NCBI RefSeq assembly: GCF_964355755.1
Contig: NC_092677.1
Location: 270,101-334,100, forward strand
Source: Antedon mediterranea
Lineage: Eukaryota; Animalia; Echinodermata
Length of the DNA: 64,000 nt
Reading direction: 5' to 3'
The notes beneath the pieces are model-generated. The model was given only the letters and a program-made list of their open reading frames with translations, had not been told where the DNA came from and made no database searches. Position 1 is the stretch's first letter, and the number at the start of each line of letters is the position of its first letter. The translations under genes were made by a program, and so were the position numbers. Positions 60,101-64,000 of the stretch are shown here, piece after piece.

Positions 60101-63100
60101 GTTTTCATTCCCTTTCTCATGATTTATTATCATAAGTAAAAAGATTAATTTAAGCACTGTCTACACTTTTAAACAATGTGATGTGCCCATATGGACACAA
60201 TGATGTCATATCAGTACACTATTTTGGCACAAAACACTTTTTGTCCAACTAGATTGACTGTGTAGACAGAGCTGTAGAAGGCATGTGGCTTCATTAATTG
60301 TAAATAGCATATAATGTATATTAAGAACTTAAAAATAAATTTAACTTACTTTGTAATCTTCCGGTATAAAGACATGGCAGATAAGCATGTCAGCCGTTCC
60401 ATTAATAACAACCCCGATGAGGGAGTCTTCAAAGGTCACGCTGACTCGTGTGATGTTTCCATTCTCGTATTCATACGGCATATTCAAATATACACCTATT
60501 CAGTAAAAACATTGAAGTACAGTATTTATTTATTGTTTTTCTCTTTAAAGTCAATTCATGATCATACAAATCTACACTGGTACTTTTATTTTCATTTTTC
60601 TGTGCTATAATTATTGGTTACTCTCCTTTAAAATGGAGGAACACTCTTACCCATAGTAATATATAGTAATATATATAGATACAAAAGTTAATAATGGTTC
60701 ACAATTACAAAACGTCAAGCAGTAAAAATTCTACGAATTTATTAACAAAAATTATCTAAAAGTAAATTGATGACATAAAATAACTTGCCATTAAAGTGCA
60801 AGATAGTTTGTCGCTTTAAGTCAAGAACTTCGCCGTTAACAAGGACCTCCAATATGGTACGTTCACTACGTTGGATGTGAATTGTATCTGTATCTTCTTC
60901 CTTCATTGCAACTGCTGTTAGCACTGTGGCTTGAACTAAGTCACCTGTAAATAAATAATACCAGAGTGTGGTCAACTTAGCTTTGACTAACTCACCTAAA
61001 TGACACTAGAGCGTGGTACTCAAAGAAACAAAATCTATTCATTTATTAAAGATACTTATTCAAATCTTGGCATAGTGAATGAATGATTCAATACCATCAG
61101 TATTTGCAACCTGTTCTGTACGTCCTTGAATGGTGAATGACGTTCCAACACCCGACGTTGTCTTCATCAGGGTATATTCTCCTTTTCCATTAAATGTATA
61201 AGCAACACCGTCAAAGGTCATCACATGTGGGTCACCAAAGATAGCAGCTACAAAATATGGAGTATATTACAATTTTCTAACTGTTATTATTTATGTATTT
61301 ATTTAATCACTGTCGTTGTATTTGTTGTAATTATGTAATAGTTATATAGATACAGTATTACCAGTCTGCAGTCTGTACTAATTCAGTTTCATTTATTTTG
61401 ACAACTTACATTTAATAATTATTTGATAGAAATTATAGTTTGTGTAGTGAAATTACAAACCTGTTCTTGGAGGTTCATACTCCTTGCAATCAGGAGTCTC
61501 TCGTAAACGCTGATAATACTCGCATCGATTGCCCCAAACACAACAGAAGAAGTAAGGCAGTCCATCATACAGCCAATGAGACAACAGTGGAACCTGGTAC
61601 TGAGCATTGTACGGTGGTATTCCTTCCTTTGTGTACTTTCTAGAGAAACTTGCCTCCTCACTGTCTCCAGAGTAAACCAAGTTTTCAAATTCATCATAAC
61701 AGCAAACACTGTCAGATCCACGTGGGCTAGCAGAATACAATAACACTCATCAATTAAACTGATAATGGAATAAAGCCTACATAAATTATTTTATAATATA
61801 TACCTCAGTAGCTTAACAGCTGAGTACTCACTGGCTAAACCCAGGGACTCCAGATGAACAACCCAATGCAACTACCCAGCATTGGAGGGCTTCTTAGGAG
61901 TGTTAAACCAGGGACCCCAGATGAACAACCCAATGCAACTACCCAGCATTGGAGGGCTTCTTAGGAGTGTTAAACCAGGACCCCAGATGAACAACCCAAT
62001 GCAACTAACCAGCATTGGAGGGCTTCTTAGGAGTGTTAAACCAGGGACCCCAGATGAACAACCCAATGCAACTACCCAGCATTGGAGGGCTTCTTAGGAG
62101 TGTTAAACCAGGGACCCCAGATGAACAACCCAATGCAACTACCCAGCATTGGAGGGCTTCTTAGGAGTGTTAAACCAGGACCCCAGATGAACAACCCAAT
62201 GCAACTACCCAGCATTGGAGGGCTTCTTAGGAGTGTTAAACCAGGGACCCCAGATGAACAACCCAATGCAACTACCCAGCATTGGAGGGCTTCTTAGGAG
62301 TGTTAAACCAGGGACCCCAGATGAACAACCCAATGCAACTACCCAGCATTGGAGGGCTTCTTAGGAGTGTTAAACCAGGACCCCAGATGAACAACCCAAT
62401 GCAACTACCCAGCATTGGAGGGCTTCTTAGGAGTGTTAAACCAGGGGCCCAGAGCATGAACAACCCAATGCAACTACCCAGCATTGGAGGGCTTCTTAGG
62501 AGTGTTAAACCAGGGGCATTTGCCGCCTGCATTACACCACTGATAAACTTGAGAAAGTGAGTGAGAAATCTAAATTCTTGCATCCCCATAAATGTATATT
62601 GCTTTCTATTTGTAATTCAATTCAGTAGATGTAATATGTAATTACCTTGGAACAATATTCTCTACACAATGTACAATGGTCGATCTCTGGTAACAATAAA
62701 ATTCATCGCTCTCCAAGTTACACTCTGGCGTAGGTCTAAAGCGCCCTCTGTCAGCTAATGCTTGACTGAGGTTACATGGGCAGGGTTCAAGCTCTAGGAC
62801 GTACTCATCCTCGTTGACCTCTTGTTCGTACCATTCCTCGCAACGCATGGTTGCCCACAGTTCTTGGTCGTTTTGATACCAATCGTACAGCATGTAGCCT
62901 AGTGGATGAATGTCACTCCAAAGGGCAAAGTCATCTCTGAAATGAAAACAAGTTTAAGTGCAGGTAAATGGGAAAGAAATAGTAAGAGTGAACATTAGCA
63001 TGTAATGAGTATTTAATACAACATATCGTAGGTGTCCCTTGAACTTCTTTAAGGTTTTAATTGATATTCTGTTTTATAACCAGCAACCAATTTTGTTTTT

Positions 63101-63527
63101 ATACCTGTTTGTGAAACACAATAAAGATAACTTGAACTTAATTAATAATAAGTATTATTCAAGTAATTTAAATACAAAGAAATTTATTGCACAATAAGAA
63201 AATGCAAAGTAAAGAATGTTTCTGCTTACTTTTTCCACCTTCTAGTGACACGAAGCGCGCCAACTGCATTGTGTTCTAGGATTTCCCAAGTCGGTCTGGG
63301 AGTCCACGTAAAGTGTCCGGTATTTGGAGCATCGTAGGTGATTTCTTCCGCCCATTCCCATTTTGGAATACCATCCACCTCAGAGTAAGCCATAAGATCA
63401 ACTCTTATCTCTGTATAATTAATTCTTAAAGGATCCCATTCAATGGTGACCTCACGATGTGCAACCTGCCACGATTCACTGTCAGGATTTACTCGCCACA
63501 CTCCGTAAGGTACAGCACCAATCTCAA
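57105..63527 (-). CDS. mesh: Mesh/SUSD2-like membrane protein (AMOP, VWD, two Sushi, TM); 5' end outside the window
   Basis: Exons 63527-63230, 62936-62646, 61726-61461, 61247-61095, 60944-60789, 60495-60350, 60073-59950, 59653-59514, 59393-59273, 59087-58899, 58589-58407, 57958-57808, 57174-57105. AMOP (LEPCPCNLSQALADRGRF, CCYD, PYFFCC, CKEYEPP), VWD (FGDPHVMTFDG...YTFNGKGEY), two CCP modules, TM AIAGSIMAAILIIVVVIILVV, C-terminus ETEA. Confidence 0.88.
57421..57689. repeat. ~40-bp minisatellite with a variable (CA)n tract, 6 copies
   Basis: ACGAGTAGGGGGTTACCCCAGTGTACTAGT(A/C)(CA)n. Confidence 0.95.
57994..58053 (-). mobile_element. tRNA-derived SINE head remnant
   Basis: Minus strand GTGGTAATAG...CTCGCAATCCAGAGGTTGTGGGTTCGAGCTCC (B-box-like). 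Confidence 0.5.
58682..58872. repeat. 40-bp minisatellite, ~5 copies
   Basis: GATTTGGTACCAAAATGGCATAGTGGAACCAATGAGGTAA, containing the palindrome TTTGGTACCAAA. Confidence 0.9.
60152..60273. mobile_element. MITE family A, diverged copy
   Basis: AAGCACTGTCTACACT...TGTGATGTGCCCATATGGAC...TGTGTAGACAGAGCT. Confidence 0.7.
61836..62516. repeat. 66/67-bp minisatellite (~10 copies) with a 200-bp higher-order period
   Basis: Unit CCAGG(G)ACCCCAGATGAACAACCCAATGCAACTACCCAGCATTGGAGGGCTTCTTAGGAGTGTTAAA; the ORF track repeats at 61882, 62082 and 62282. Confidence 0.96.
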
Positions 63528-64000
63528 CTTTAAGCAACAAAGTGACAATAGGTCCAAGTGTGTGAGTTATAATGTTATAAAGGGTTATGTACAACACAGT
63601 ATCACTACTAGAATACATTTCTTATAATTTACAATCACATATAAAGCGGACTTAGCATTTACTATTGCACATTTAGCCATGAAATAACTCCATGATTTAG
63701 CCTAGACTGGTCTACTAGAAAGTACACCAGTCCTTGTCTTTTAAGGCGAGCGAGTGCGATCGCTCACCTAACTGCCCTTGAGGAGTGCAATTTACAACAT
63801 GCTTAAATTTGGTAAACTTCTACACACAAAAATACAATCAGCACACCTACACTACAGCACCCCTGAATGTATTGAGGAGTGCAATTTGTAGCACACCTTT
63901 AATTTTCAAAAGACAAGCAAGGCCTGGTACACATACCTATATCAAACTTGCCAACATAAGCAAAACTGGCCCTGTCATTGATTGACACAGCGATATCAAT

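Overview
AT-rich animal genomic DNA with short GT-AG introns; the gene set suggests an invertebrate, possibly an echinoderm-like deuterostome (inference). Five minus-strand genes were reconstructed exon by exon with consistent phases: a salt-inducible kinase (SIK1/2-like, 4145-15408), a C2CD2/C2CD2L(TMEM24)-like SMP+C2 protein (23722-41957), DPAGT1 (43708-50328), an NCS-1/frequenin-like calcium sensor with an uninterrupted CDS (51838-52422), and the 3' part of a Mesh/SUSD2-like gene (57105->63527). A plus-strand gene for a secreted coiled-coil protein (18091-~19660) looks disrupted. The rest is LINE fragments, MITEs, tRNA-like elements and many minisatellites; there is no CRISPR array. The best leads are: (i) dense CRE sites around SIK plus an intronic minisatellite carrying ten CRE-variant sites, with a CTCF-like motif at the edge; (ii) three minisatellites that copy a 5' splice site, one in frame; (iii) candidate in-frame cassette exons in C2CD2L with a TGCATG (Rbfox) cluster; (iv) a telomere-like insertion in the disrupted gene; (v) SIK-C2CD2-DPAGT1 linkage resembling human 11q23/21q22; (vi) tRNA-like units with compensatory base changes. 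All were read by eye and none is confirmed.
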